From the NCBI GenBank assembly GCA_038203095.1, contig JBBREH010000002.1, positions 5,904-69,903 on the forward strand: a stretch of 64,000 nt of DNA, written 5' to 3'. Under the pieces are notes generated by a model. That model searched no databases, was not told the origin of the DNA, and saw only the letters and a list, made by a program, of their open reading frames with translations. A program made the position numbers and the translations under genes. The stretch's first letter is position 1. The number at the start of each line of letters is the position of its first letter. This document shows positions 37,618 to 47,595 of this stretch, piece after piece. The DNA is from Candidatus Doudnabacteria bacterium. GTDB lineage: Bacteria > Patescibacteriota > Doudnabacteria > UBA920.

Positions 37618-39468
37618 ATGAAAAAAATCATATTTATGCTTGCATTCATAGCCCTCGCAATGCCTTTTGCCAGGGCGCGAGCGGCGGTACATCCGTCCGG
37701 AGCTAATATTAAGACACAGGACGGCACAATTTATTTTATTGGCGCAGACGGCCAAAAACGGCCATATACTTCGGCCGGAGCTTTTTTGTCTTATGGACTC
37801 AATGCTTTTAACAACGTTGTCGACGCAAGCGCAGAGGACAACGCTTTACCCAGCGGTTCATTTATCCCCCCGCAAGACGGCAAAATTATTTGTTCAGACA
37901 GAGGCGGGGACAAAGGCACCTGCTATCTCATTTCTCAAAGCGTAAAAGTCGGCTTTCCCACCGCGGCCATTTTTACCGGCCAAGGCTTTAACTTTAAAAA
38001 TGCTTTGCGAGGCGACACTTCCTTTTTAGCCTACAATTCCAACACCCAAACTGAATCGGAAGCACATCGACCGGGAGTTTTGGTAAATAAAGGTGGCACA
38101 ATTTATTTGGTGGGTTCCCAGGGGCTTTTGGGTATTCCGAGCGTGCAAACTTTCCAGTCCTGGGGCTACAGTTTTAATGATGTAGTCTTAGCCAATTCGG
38201 CAGATAAAGCTCTGCCGACAAGTGGAATAATGCCGACTCATTCCGCGGGCCTACTCAGCCCGTTAGGCCAAAATTTATCCTCCTCACCAAGTCCGGCGAC
38301 AAATCCATCGCCAATGCCAACACCTAATCTAACCCCCAGCCCCGCCGCGCAGATAGTTTACGCGGTTAACACCACCACCCCGCAAGGCACTGTGGAAATA
38401 ACCGTGGACAGCGCATCTCCTTCAGCCCAGCAACTACCAATGTCCAAAAAAGGCGCAGTATTTTACGCGGTGAATTTTAAAGAAACCTCCGGCAACGAAG
38501 CGGTTAATATTAAAGGCCTGACAATAACTGCGCGGGTAACCGGCGGTATTACCAACGGTAATGGCGTAGCCAATACCGCTTACAATACTTTAAAAAATTT
38601 AAGCTTGGTTAACGGCTCAACTGTAATTAGCCGCGCCTCTTTTTCCGCGTCAACTCCGCCCCGTGAAGGTGCCGGAACGCAAACTTATGAAATAGATTTT
38701 AAAACCGGTTCGCCTTTAAATTTTCAAATTCCGGCCAGCGGCACTGTCACTCTAACATTAAAAGCCGACATTAGTGATTGGGCAGCGGGCGCGGCGACTA
38801 ATTCCGTATGGCAATTTTCGATTAACACAACTGCAGACGCCACATTGATTGGCCAAAACAGTAACTCCAACCTCACGCCCATTGTCACTAACGCAGCGGC
38901 TTCCGCCTTAAGCACCATTATAAAACAACCGTTAACTTTTAACCCTGTTACCAGCACCCCGGCCGGGAAAAACTTTGCCTCTGTAATTGCAGAGGGTATG
39001 CGCAACACCCAAGAAAAGGTCGGCATTTTCAATGCCATAAGCCCTTCTACCACTCTGCTTTTAAATTCCATCACCCTGTCACAAGCTGGCACCGCACTGC
39101 CAACAGGAACAAGTTCAGCGGTTAGCTACTACGTTTATGATTCACTTATTGGTTACTCCCAGCCCGTTGGTATTGGCACGCTAAGCGGCAGTGGTTCGGT
39201 AACAATTAATTTAAGCTTAAATTCTGCGCTCAACAAAGGTGTTAATGTTCCGACAGATGGTAGTGAGTACTTGGTCATAGCAGCCGACACAACAAATTTT
39301 AGTCTTTGCTACCCGGGCAATAACTGTACAGCCTACGGATATTCTTTAAGCCTGTCCGGCTGGCAATACAGCGACCCGGCTGCGCCGGGAGTAATCTCCA
39401 CCGGACCCTTTGCGCCTGACATTGCCAAAACCGCAGTTTACCCGGGCGGTGTGGGCAGAAGTTATTAA
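37618..39468 (+). CDS. Large secreted surface protein with three N-terminal ~50-aa repeats and S/T/P/N-rich C-terminal region
   Basis: Signal peptide MKKIIFMLAFIALAMPFARA; repeats GTIYFIGADGQKRPYTSAGAFLSYGLN / GTIYLVGSQGLLGIPSVQTFQSWGYSF. Confidence 0.5.
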   Translation: MKKIIFMLAFIALAMPFARARAAVHPSGANIKTQDGTIYFIGADGQKRPYTSAGAFLSYGLNAFNNVVDASAEDNALPSGSFIPPQDGKIICSDRGGDKGTCYLISQSVKVGFPTAAIFTGQGFNFKNALRGDTSFLAYNSNTQTESEAHRPGVLVNKGGTIYLVGSQGLLGIPSVQTFQSWGYSFNDVVLANSADKALPTSGIMPTHSAGLLSPLGQNLSSSPSPATNPSPMPTPNLTPSPAAQIVYAVNTTTPQGTVEITVDSASPSAQQLPMSKKGAVFYAVNFKETSGNEAVNIKGLTITARVTGGITNGNGVANTAYNTLKNLSLVNGSTVISRASFSASTPPREGAGTQTYEIDFKTGSPLNFQIPASGTVTLTLKADISDWAAGAATNSVWQFSINTTADATLIGQNSNSNLTPIVTNAAASALSTIIKQPLTFNPVTSTPAGKNFASVIAEGMRNTQEKVGIFNAISPSTTLLLNSITLSQAGTALPTGTSSAVSYYVYDSLIGYSQPVGIGTLSGSGSVTINLSLNSALNKGVNVPTDGSEYLVIAADTTNFSLCYPGNNCTAYGYSLSLSGWQYSDPAAPGVISTGPFAPDIAKTAVYPGGVGRSY

Positions 39469-39631
39469 GAAACCTTCTAACTAGTGGAATTTAAACATTA
39501 CAAATGGAGAAAAGATTCTTCGACTTTACGGAGAAGATATTTTTCCTTCCGCATTCGTAGTCAAACATAACATTAATATAATTCCACATAAAGAAAAACC
39601 GTAACTATTCCTCTTTTCCCGATGGTTGGCT

Positions 39632-39683
39632 GTAGCGTGCCCATTTATGGGCGTTTCCTGGACACCGATTACGGCCACGCTAC
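39632..39683 (+). repeat. Family D double-hairpin element copy 1 (GTAGCGTG-CCCATTTATGGGCG-...-CACGCTAC)
   Basis: 22-nt identity with copies at 62743..62794 and 60133..60186. The ORFs 39622..39825 and 39526..40023 over it are spurious. Confidence 0.7.
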
Positions 39684-39766
39684 ACAATATCGATACTTTT
39701 GGAAAAAAGTAAATACTTACGAAAAACCTTCTCGCAAGCGGGAAGGTTTTTTGATATACTGCCAAC

Positions 39767-40993
39767 ATGAAAATCAAAACCTTTTTAGCCAGCATTTTAG
39801 CCTCTGTATTTTTATTTGCCCATGAAGCTTTTGCCCGCGGGGGCGGGGGAGGAGGCGGGGGTGGATTCCATTCATCGTCTTCATCCGGAGGCTCAGGCAA
39901 CGGAAGCTTTAGCCCATGGATGCTGCTGTTTTTAATTATTCCAATACTCGGAATAGTTTTTTCAATAATAAATAAAAAACGCTTAGAGGAACTGGCAAAA
40001 ATAAAGGACGAGGAGATTATCACAAAAAATCATTTGGACAAAAATGCTTTATACGCGGAAATCGAGACGCTTTTTAAAAAATTCCAAACTTCTTGGAGCG
40101 AGTTTGATTTAAAAACAATGGAGCTACTGGTTACCCCGGAATACTACAAACGCATGGTTTTGGAGCTCAATGTCCTGAAAAACGAAAAACGTTCAAACCC
40201 TATGAGCAACGTTAATGTAGTTGAAATGTTTGTAGTTGGCGAAGAACTTCCCGGTGAAACCACGCAAAAACTTACGGTACAAATTACCGCTACAGCGACC
40301 GATGTGCTTATGGACACCCAAAATCAATTACCACTTTTTACTGATAACAGCACATTCACTGAATACTGGCACTTAACACAAGATCAAAATAGAAAATGGA
40401 AATTAGATTTTATTACCCAAGAAACAGAAAATGGCGCTTTAGCTGAATCCGACATTGCCTCTTTTGCGCAAACCAACAACTTTTATTACGATCCAGATTT
40501 TGGCTGGCTAATGATGCCCAACAAAGGCGTGCTATTTAGCAGTACAAACTTTGGGACCAGCGATATTAACAACCACGTGGTTGGCTATTTTAGAGATAAA
40601 ATTGTAGAATTCTATACTTATATTCCCGACCCCAATTCCAAATTTCCATCTAACTATTTAATTGCCCAAGCCATTTTGCCCAAAAGTTACGTCAACATTT
40701 TGATTAAAAAGAAAAGACTACTTAACTTGCCAGTTTGGGGGCTTAAACGCATTGAGCTGGAAAGCGCGGATTTCAATAAAAGATTTTGCCTTTGGGCCGA
40801 CCCAAAAGACCAGGTCAATTCCCTGGAACTGCTGACGCCGAATTTTATGGAAAAAATTTACCGGTTACCTTTTGAACTAAACATTGAACTGGTTGGCAAC
40901 ATTTTGTATTTTTATACCAAAGACCGCGGTACGTCCAACTACGATCAAATGTTGGAAATATTGTCCTGGGCGTTTGATGAAATGAAAATGTAA
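39767..40993 (+). CDS. Membrane protein with signal/TM segments, poly-Gly stretch and a Tim44-like domain
   Basis: LFKKFQTSWSEFDLKTMELLVTPEYYKRMV...VVEMFVVG resembles Tim44-like/SnoaL-fold domains. Low certainty. Confidence 0.4.
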   Translation: MKIKTFLASILASVFLFAHEAFARGGGGGGGGGFHSSSSSGGSGNGSFSPWMLLFLIIPILGIVFSIINKKRLEELAKIKDEEIITKNHLDKNALYAEIETLFKKFQTSWSEFDLKTMELLVTPEYYKRMVLELNVLKNEKRSNPMSNVNVVEMFVVGEELPGETTQKLTVQITATATDVLMDTQNQLPLFTDNSTFTEYWHLTQDQNRKWKLDFITQETENGALAESDIASFAQTNNFYYDPDFGWLMMPNKGVLFSSTNFGTSDINNHVVGYFRDKIVEFYTYIPDPNSKFPSNYLIAQAILPKSYVNILIKKKRLLNLPVWGLKRIELESADFNKRFCLWADPKDQVNSLELLTPNFMEKIYRLPFELNIELVGNILYFYTKDRGTSNYDQMLEILSWAFDEMKM

Positions 40994-41104
40994 GACGCGA
41001 ACATAAACGCAGATTTAAAACTGCAAACGCGGATCTGGATACGAATCCTGATTGCTTACGCGAATTCAAACACGGATTAATGACCTTTATGCCACAATTA
41101 TAAA

Positions 41105-42324
41105 ATGAAAAATATAAAGAATACAATCGCAAAAACCTTTTCGTCACTTTCAATAAAAAACTATCGCTTATATTTTTTTGGGCAAGCTGTTTCGCAAGTT
41201 GGCACTTGGATGCAAATTATTGCCCAGAACTGGCTGGTGTTAAAGCTCACAAATTCCGGAACTCAGTTAGGTCTGGTTGCTGCGGCGCAATTTTTGCCCG
41301 TGCTTTTATTTGGCCCGGCAGCAGGAATTCTTGCTGACAGGTTCGACAAACGAAAAATTATTATTTTTACCCAAGCTTGCTCCGGGGTACTGGCATTAAT
41401 TTTGGCTTTGCTTATTAGTTTTGACGCGGTCAAATTGTGGATGATTTACTGTTTAGCTACCGGCATCGGCTTAATTAATTCACTAGATACTCCCACCAGA
41501 CACACCTTTATCTACGAGATGGTTGGGTCGGAGAAAATTACCAATGCCATATCTCTTAACGCCAGCCTGTACAATTTAAGCCGTATTATTGGACCGGCAA
41601 TTGCCGGCATAATAATTGTCAGCTTCGGTCTAGCTCCATGTTTTTACATAAATGCAGCTTCCTTTTTAGCGGTAATTTTAGGCATATTTTGTATAGATAC
41701 CTCGATCTTAAAAAAACAACTCCCGATAGAAAAAATTAAAGGTCAATTAACTGAAGGTTTTAAATACATAATGCGAGAACCCCTATTGCGAGACATTTTA
41801 ATTTTTATGGCCATAATGGGAATCTTTGTTTATGAGTTTTCTGTTTCTGTGCCGCTACTGGCTCAAATAACTTTTCACAGCGGCGCGCAAGGGTACGCGG
41901 CTCTTACCTCGTCTATGGGTATTGGTTCGGTGTTTGGGGGCTTGTTTTCAGCCTCCAGAAAACAACCAAAAATTTCCCAAGTTATTTTGGCAATTTTATT
42001 TTTTGGTTTAGCCATGTTTATGGCCGCATTAAGCCCCAATCTGATTATTGCTATGATATCCATGGTATTAATAGGTTTTTGCTCAACCAACTTTTCCACC
42101 AGAGGCAATGTACTGCTTCAACTAAACACTACTCCACAAATGCGTGGCAGAGTTTTGTCTTTATGGAATGTGGCTTTTGTCGGCTCTACCCCAATTGGTG
42201 GACCAATAATTGGTTACGTTTCAGAAAACTTAAATCCCGCTGGGGTTTTGCCCTTGGTGGCTTAGCCGCATTTCTGACTGTGGTATATGGAAAAATTAGT
42301 TCCCTAAACAAAGCCTTTAAATAG
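41105..42324 (+). pseudogene. MFS transporter with a 1-nt frameshift at a CCC run (~42228-42234)
   Basis: ORF 41105..42265 ends ...YVSENLNPAGVLPLVA*. The -1 frame continues ...KSRWGFALGGLAAFLTVVYGKISSLNKAFK* (a natural final TM helix) to 42324. Confidence 0.6.
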
Positions 42325-42351
42325 CTCGTTTTATCTGCTAATATTACTTTT

Positions 42352-42513
42352 AGGACTTACGCCTTTGGTCGAGTACGAGGCATTTTGCGAGGATTTTTGG
42401 AGACGTAGTTTGACTACGGCGACAAAAACCGCAGCAAAATAACGAAGTAATCGGCCAAACCCCTTGTGGGTTTCATCAATATTTTAAATATTTAGATGAA
42501 AGGCGTAAGTCCT
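42352..42513 (+). repeat. Family A element copy 2
   Basis: TIR AGGACTTACGCC/GGCGTAAGTCCT; core conserved with copy 1; 3' hairpin ttcatc-aatattttaaatatt-tagatgaa differs from copy 1. Confidence 0.7.
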
Positions 42514-42609
42514 GACTTTAATAAATCCCGTTAGAAATTCTTTGAATTATTAACCGGGATAAAATTTTAAAGTAGGCAGATATAAAAAAAGTATTAAACT
42601 AACTTATTA

Positions 42610-44325
42610 TTGATTTCTAACCATATGAATCAATCTCAAAAACCTGTAACCTTAATAATTCTTGACGGCTGGGGATACCGCGAGGGCAAGGAGCATAACG
42701 CCATTTTGGAGGCGCAAACGCCGTTTTTTGACCATTTGTGGCAAAACTATCCCCACACCTTGCTTAACGCCAGCGAACAGCACGTGGGCTTGCCGGGAGG
42801 CACTATTGGCAACAGCGAAGTTGGCCATATGACTATGGGTGCGGGGCGGGTGATAGATACCGATTTGGTCAGAATATCAAAAGCAATGGAGTCCGGCGAA
42901 TTTAACACCAACCCGGCTTTTGCCGCGCTTTTTGAACACGTAAAAAATAACCATTCAACTTTGCATGTAATGGGTTTGGTGAGTGATGGAGGGGTGCACA
43001 GCCACCGAGAACATTTGCACGGCTTTTTAACCGCGGCCAAAGAAGCGGGCATAGAAAAAGTTGCCATTCACGCTTTTACGGATGGGCGGGATGTGGCGCC
43101 GCAGAGCGGGGGGAAATATTTGCAGGATTTGGAAAAGGTTATTGCCAATTTGGGCATAGGCCACATTGCCACCGCCTCGGGCAGATATTTTGCCATGGAC
43201 CGCGATAAAAATTGGCATCGCACCAAACTTGTGGAAGACGCGATTTTTGAGGGTATAGGCAAAATGTCCCTTGCAAATAAACCGTCCGATGTTATTAAAG
43301 AGCTTTATAAAACAGGGGAGTTGGATGAGTTGCTTGAACCCCTAATTTTTTTGGACGACAAAGGCAAGGCTATGCCGGTCCAAAAAAATGACGGCATTTT
43401 CTTTTTTAATTTTAGAAGCGATAGACCTCGCCAGCTAACGCAAAAAATTGTCGAGCGCGCCAAAAAACATAACTTGTATTTCGTAACGCTAACGGAATAC
43501 GATCCCGCGCTTGAAAGCGTAGTGGCGTTCCCGCCAAATAAAATAGAGACTACTTTAGCCGCGGAAATTAGCCAAGCCGGCCTGACTCAGTCCCATATTG
43601 CCGAAACCGAAAAATACGCGCACGTAACTTACTTTTTTAACGGCGGCAAACAGGAACCGCATAAAAATGAACATCACTTTTTAATAGAAAGCCGGCGCGA
43701 CATAAAAACGCACGACGAAGCGCCGGAAATGCGCGCGAGAGAGATTGCCGATAAATCCATTGAACGGCTAAACGCCGGCGACGACTTTCTGGTAATTAAC
43801 TTTGCCAACGCCGATATGGTCGGACATACAGCTAATAAACCTGCAATTATTACTGCCGTAGAAACCGTGGACCGCGAGCTAAAGCGGGTTGTCGATGTTG
43901 TACTGGCCAAAGGCGGCATCGCCCTAATTACCGCCGACCACGGCAACGCCGAACTAAATTTTGATGCCTCAACCGGCCACAAACACACCGCGCACACACT
44001 GAACCAAGTCCCGTTTATAATTGCTGAAAAAAGTGGAAAGTGGGTAGTGAGTAGTGAAAAGTCGAAAACCATCAGCGTGCCCCCTCCTCTCCCTACCGAA
44101 GGTCCGACGAAGTCCGCCTTAGGCGGACGAAGTTGGATGGGAGAGGACGTCGCCTCAGCGACAGGTGAGGGTGCAGTTTTCCCCTCCCTTGATGGGAGGG
44201 GCGAGGGGAGGGTGACTCTCAACTCTTCAAGAAGCTTAGCCGATATTGCCCCGACTACCCTAGCCCTAATGCAAATAAAAAAACCGTCCGCAATGACGGG
44301 GGAGAGTTTGATTGTTTCTGATTAA
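42610..44325 (+). CDS. gpmI: 2,3-bisphosphoglycerate-independent phosphoglycerate mutase with ~60-aa in-frame GC-rich insertion near the C-terminus
   Basis: ILDGWG, GNSEVGHMT, ADHGN motifs. Insert ...EKSGKWVVSSEKSKTISVPPPLPTEGPTKSALGGRSWMGEDVASATGEGAVFPSLDGRGEGRVTLNSSRS precedes the conserved LADIAPT..L.L..I.KP..MTG.SLI C-terminus. Confidence 0.9.
   Translation: MISNHMNQSQKPVTLIILDGWGYREGKEHNAILEAQTPFFDHLWQNYPHTLLNASEQHVGLPGGTIGNSEVGHMTMGAGRVIDTDLVRISKAMESGEFNTNPAFAALFEHVKNNHSTLHVMGLVSDGGVHSHREHLHGFLTAAKEAGIEKVAIHAFTDGRDVAPQSGGKYLQDLEKVIANLGIGHIATASGRYFAMDRDKNWHRTKLVEDAIFEGIGKMSLANKPSDVIKELYKTGELDELLEPLIFLDDKGKAMPVQKNDGIFFFNFRSDRPRQLTQKIVERAKKHNLYFVTLTEYDPALESVVAFPPNKIETTLAAEISQAGLTQSHIAETEKYAHVTYFFNGGKQEPHKNEHHFLIESRRDIKTHDEAPEMRAREIADKSIERLNAGDDFLVINFANADMVGHTANKPAIITAVETVDRELKRVVDVVLAKGGIALITADHGNAELNFDASTGHKHTAHTLNQVPFIIAEKSGKWVVSSEKSKTISVPPPLPTEGPTKSALGGRSWMGEDVASATGEGAVFPSLDGRGEGRVTLNSSRSLADIAPTTLALMQIKKPSAMTGESLIVSD
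44075..44215. repeat. GC-rich palindromic (RPE-like) insertion inside gpmI. Contains a CCCCTCCC-loop-GGGAGGGG-C-N-AGGGGAGGGT module nearly identical to one inside fmt.
   Basis: Hairpins cctctccc/gggagagg, gtccgcc-tta-ggcggac, gtcgc-ctca-gcgac, cccctccc-ttgat-gggagggg. Compare 56849..56880. Confidence 0.65.
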
Positions 44326-44599
44326 CTACCCAAGCTGCCATTTCGACCACGAGTGCATCCGAGAGGGAGAAATCTATTATTTACAGATATCTCCTCGACT
44401 GCACTCGTAGAGATGTAAACAAAAAAGAAGCCACAAGCATATTGGCTTCCGAAATTTTAAATTGTTTACCGCGGAACCCAACAAATCTTTGTTAGTCGAC
44501 CGGTTGGTCAATTTCACTTAAGAATTGTTGTTGTTCCGCGGCCCAGATTTAACCTGGAAAATGATTCGCTGCTAGCTAAATTTTTACGTATAGCGCTGT

Positions 44600-44960
44600 G
44601 ATACGCAAACTTTTTTACTGGCAGGAATTGCCTAAGGCAGGCTACTGAAGCCTGTGAACCCCAAGATGTCCGGTCGTAAGACCGGTGCGGTCGCCTGCCC
44701 TACTGGGACAGGCAATACATCTGAGATTGCTGGTGGCGCTGGATCCCCGGCCAAGTCGCCGGGGAGGACAAGGTTTTTGGCCCAGTCTAAGGGCAACGGC
44801 CCCTCGGGCGGGCCCCTCCTAATTTTTGCCTCCGCTAGATCGGCGGCTGTTTTTTCTGTGAGGGTCACCAGCTGGCAACCTGCTGATTCCAGCGGCTTGC
44901 GCTGGTCCCAAGGACGCACAACCGTCCTTTCTTTTCTATTGGACATTTTACCTCCTGCAG
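44600..44960. other. ~360-nt GC-rich (roughly 60% GC), hairpin-dense intergenic island of unknown nature (structured ncRNA or cluster of GC-rich palindromic units)
   Basis: Long ORFs on both strands (44654..44977 +, 44632..45138 -) typical of GC-rich non-coding DNA. Hairpins with GNRA-like loops (ccggtc-gtaa-gaccgg), ccccggc-caagtc-gccgggg, ccagcg-gcttg-cgctgg. A perfect AGGAGGT-n5-ATG sits on the minus strand at 44947. Confidence 0.35.
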
Positions 44961-45199
44961 GCTTAGATTTGGAATAAATAGTAACATACATTGAATAAAA
45001 AAGAAATAGCAAAAGCCTCTTTTTTTTTATGCCAAAATTCCCTATAATACAACTACAAATGGGAACAGTAACATACCACAAATGACTACGAATCCTTTTT
45101 TGCGGAGTTGGGTGGTGGAATAATAAATTTGTAGTCATTTGTAGTCATTTGTAGTGTGTTAATAAATTTTGTAATTTTTTGTAGTGTAGTATTCGTAGT

Positions 45200-46951
45200 A
45201 TGGAAAGCTTAACCCTAAAAACCCTCAAAATCTACTGGCAACATAGCGCTAAATATAAGGGCTATGTTTTTGGCATTGTGGGACTGTTATTTTTGCACAT
45301 ATTGGGTGAAACATCGGGGCCATTTTTGTATAAGCAGTTTATAAATAATTTGGCGGCTTATGACTTTAGCCGTTACAATAAACTAATTGGCATTTTAATT
45401 TTAATTTTATTGGCGCGCAGTTTACGCACTTACGCTTTTAGAGCCAAAGACTTTGTCACCAACTTTTTTGAGCCACGCGTAATGGCCGACTTAAGCAACA
45501 CCTGCTTTAACTATATGCATCAAAACGGTTACTCGTTTTTTTCCGGCAGCTTTGTGGGCAGTTTGGTCAACAAAGTCAAAAAAATGGAACGTGGCTTTGA
45601 AATGGTCACAGATAGAATTGTAGATGACTTTTTGCGTAGCTTTCTTTCCATTGCTTTTGCCGTCAGCATTTTGTCCTTTACCCACTGGACGCTGTCTTTA
45701 GCCCTACTTATTTGGTGCGTAGTGTATATGGTTATTATTTACTATTTTTCCCTGTACAAATTAAAATACGATTTAAAAAAATCTGAACTCGATACCAAAA
45801 TTGTCGCCCAGCTGGCCGACACAATTACCAACAACACCAACATCAAACTTTTTGCCGGCCTTACCAAAGAACAGAAAGTTTTTGAGGGAATTACCGAGGA
45901 TCATTTTGCCATTAGAAGATTCTCCTGGAACCTGATGACGTATTTAGAATTGATTCAAGCTACTTTAATGTTGGCAATGGAAGGGTTAATGATGTATTTG
46001 GCCTTGCAATACTGGAAAGCCGGGCGCTTGAGCATTGGCGACTTTACGCTTATTCAGCTATATATGATAAATATTTTCGACAAGCTTTGGGGTATGGGCA
46101 AACAGGTCCGCTCCTTTTACGAAGCACTGGCCGATGCAAATGAAATGACGGAAATATTACTTACGCCGCACGAAGTAAACGACTCGCCAAACGCTAAGGC
46201 GCTAAAAGTAAGTGGCGGAAAAATAGAATTTAAAGCTGTAAATTTTGACTACCACACTAAAGCCAGCGTGCTAAAAAACTTTAATTTATCTATTGAACCC
46301 GGACAAAGAATGGCGCTAATCGGCCCCTCCGGTGGCGGAAAATCCACCATCATAAAATTGCTTTTACGCTTTCATGACATTCAGAATGGCGGAATATTTA
46401 TTGACGATCAAAACATTGCCCAAGTTACACAGGACTCTTTGCGCACGGCTTTAAGCCTGGTGCCACAAGATCCAATTTTATTTCACCGAACATTAATGGA
46501 GAACATCCGTTATGGAAAACCCAAGGCTACCGATAATGAGGTGATTGCAGCCGCTAAAGCCGCGCACGCGCACGAATTTATTACGCGCTCTCAGCATGGC
46601 TACAATACCTTTGTAGGGGAGCGGGGGATTAAGCTTAGCGGCGGAGAGCGTCAGCGCGTTGCCATTGCCAGAGCAATTCTAAAAAACGCGCCAATATTAA
46701 TTTTGGACGAAGCCACATCCAGCTTAGACAGTGAAAGTGAACAGTTAATCCAGCAAGCGCTCAAAAACCTAATGACAAATAAAACTGTCATAGTAATTGC
46801 CCACCGCCTCTCCACAATTATGCAAATGGACCAAATAATTGTTCTGGAAAACGGGAAAATAGTAGAGGAAGGCAAGCATAAAGAACTTCTAAAAATGAAA
46901 CAAGGCACCTACCAAAAATTGTGGCAAATTCAGGCCGGAGGTTTTGCGTAA
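45200..46951 (+). CDS. ABC transporter, fused permease/ATP-binding protein (MsbA-like exporter)
   Basis: 6-TM N-terminal domain; Walker A GPSGGGKST, signature LSGGERQRVAIAR, Walker B ILILDEATSSLD. Confidence 0.85.
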   Translation: MESLTLKTLKIYWQHSAKYKGYVFGIVGLLFLHILGETSGPFLYKQFINNLAAYDFSRYNKLIGILILILLARSLRTYAFRAKDFVTNFFEPRVMADLSNTCFNYMHQNGYSFFSGSFVGSLVNKVKKMERGFEMVTDRIVDDFLRSFLSIAFAVSILSFTHWTLSLALLIWCVVYMVIIYYFSLYKLKYDLKKSELDTKIVAQLADTITNNTNIKLFAGLTKEQKVFEGITEDHFAIRRFSWNLMTYLELIQATLMLAMEGLMMYLALQYWKAGRLSIGDFTLIQLYMINIFDKLWGMGKQVRSFYEALADANEMTEILLTPHEVNDSPNAKALKVSGGKIEFKAVNFDYHTKASVLKNFNLSIEPGQRMALIGPSGGGKSTIIKLLLRFHDIQNGGIFIDDQNIAQVTQDSLRTALSLVPQDPILFHRTLMENIRYGKPKATDNEVIAAAKAAHAHEFITRSQHGYNTFVGERGIKLSGGERQRVAIARAILKNAPILILDEATSSLDSESEQLIQQALKNLMTNKTVIVIAHRLSTIMQMDQIIVLENGKIVEEGKHKELLKMKQGTYQKLWQIQAGGFA

Positions 46952-47032
46952 AACCAAAAGTCTTGAGCCTGTCGAAAGGAAGGGAAATTCTCTCCAATTG
47001 AAAGCAATCGAATTGATAATTATTATAAAATT

Positions 47033-47326
47033 ATGGGAGAACCAAGAGAAAACCAATTTGGCCTAATTGAAGGAAAACACAAAAGGCTGCACGATATTCA
47101 AGTGGAGTTAATTCAACGTACTAATTCAGCTATTGAACATTTGAAAAGCGCCCAAAAAGTAATCGAAGCGTTTAAACTCGATGCCAAAAGCGAAAAAATA
47201 ATTTCCTTTGACAGAGGAGTCAAAAAAAATCAAAGAGAGTGGTTCAAATTTATAGAACATTCTTCTATAAATCAAGACCTGGTTTTGGCAGGCCAAGATG
47301 CATTTGAGATTTACACAATCCTTTAA
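47033..47326 (+). CDS. Hypothetical protein (possibly a gene remnant; downstream 270 nt looks like decayed coding sequence)
   Basis: ORF only. Confidence 0.3.
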   Translation: MGEPRENQFGLIEGKHKRLHDIQVELIQRTNSAIEHLKSAQKVIEAFKLDAKSEKIISFDRGVKKNQREWFKFIEHSSINQDLVLAGQDAFEIYTIL

Positions 47327-47595
47327 GGACCCAAATATTCGCAAAACTTTAGCGATACGGCCAACTTAATAATCCATGGTGAATTAGGCGAACTGGGTGT
47401 AAAAATTTAGGAAACAATATCTGACTTAACTGATTTTTCTCGTTATTTTCGGCCTGAGGTGCGAGCACGCCTTTTTGAGTCCCAAGAGATTGCCGTAAAT
47501 ATTTTTGTAAAGACAATTTATCGTTTGGAATCTTTAGTAGAACAAATTACAGACGCGCCGCCCGGTCCAAAAATACCAACACAAGAATAAAAGCT

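Noticed and set aside
39526-40023. ORFs 39526..40023 (-), 39622..39825 (+) and 62763..62951 (-)
   Set aside because: They run through Family D repeats (shared SVPIYGR translation) and/or antisense to real genes.
44632-45138. 168-aa (-) and 107-aa (+) ORFs in the GC-rich island
   Set aside because: Both strands are open only because of high GC, and the translations are P/A/G/R-rich and random-looking. A real small gene behind the perfect SD at 44947 is not excluded, so this is left as a finding rather than a CDS call.
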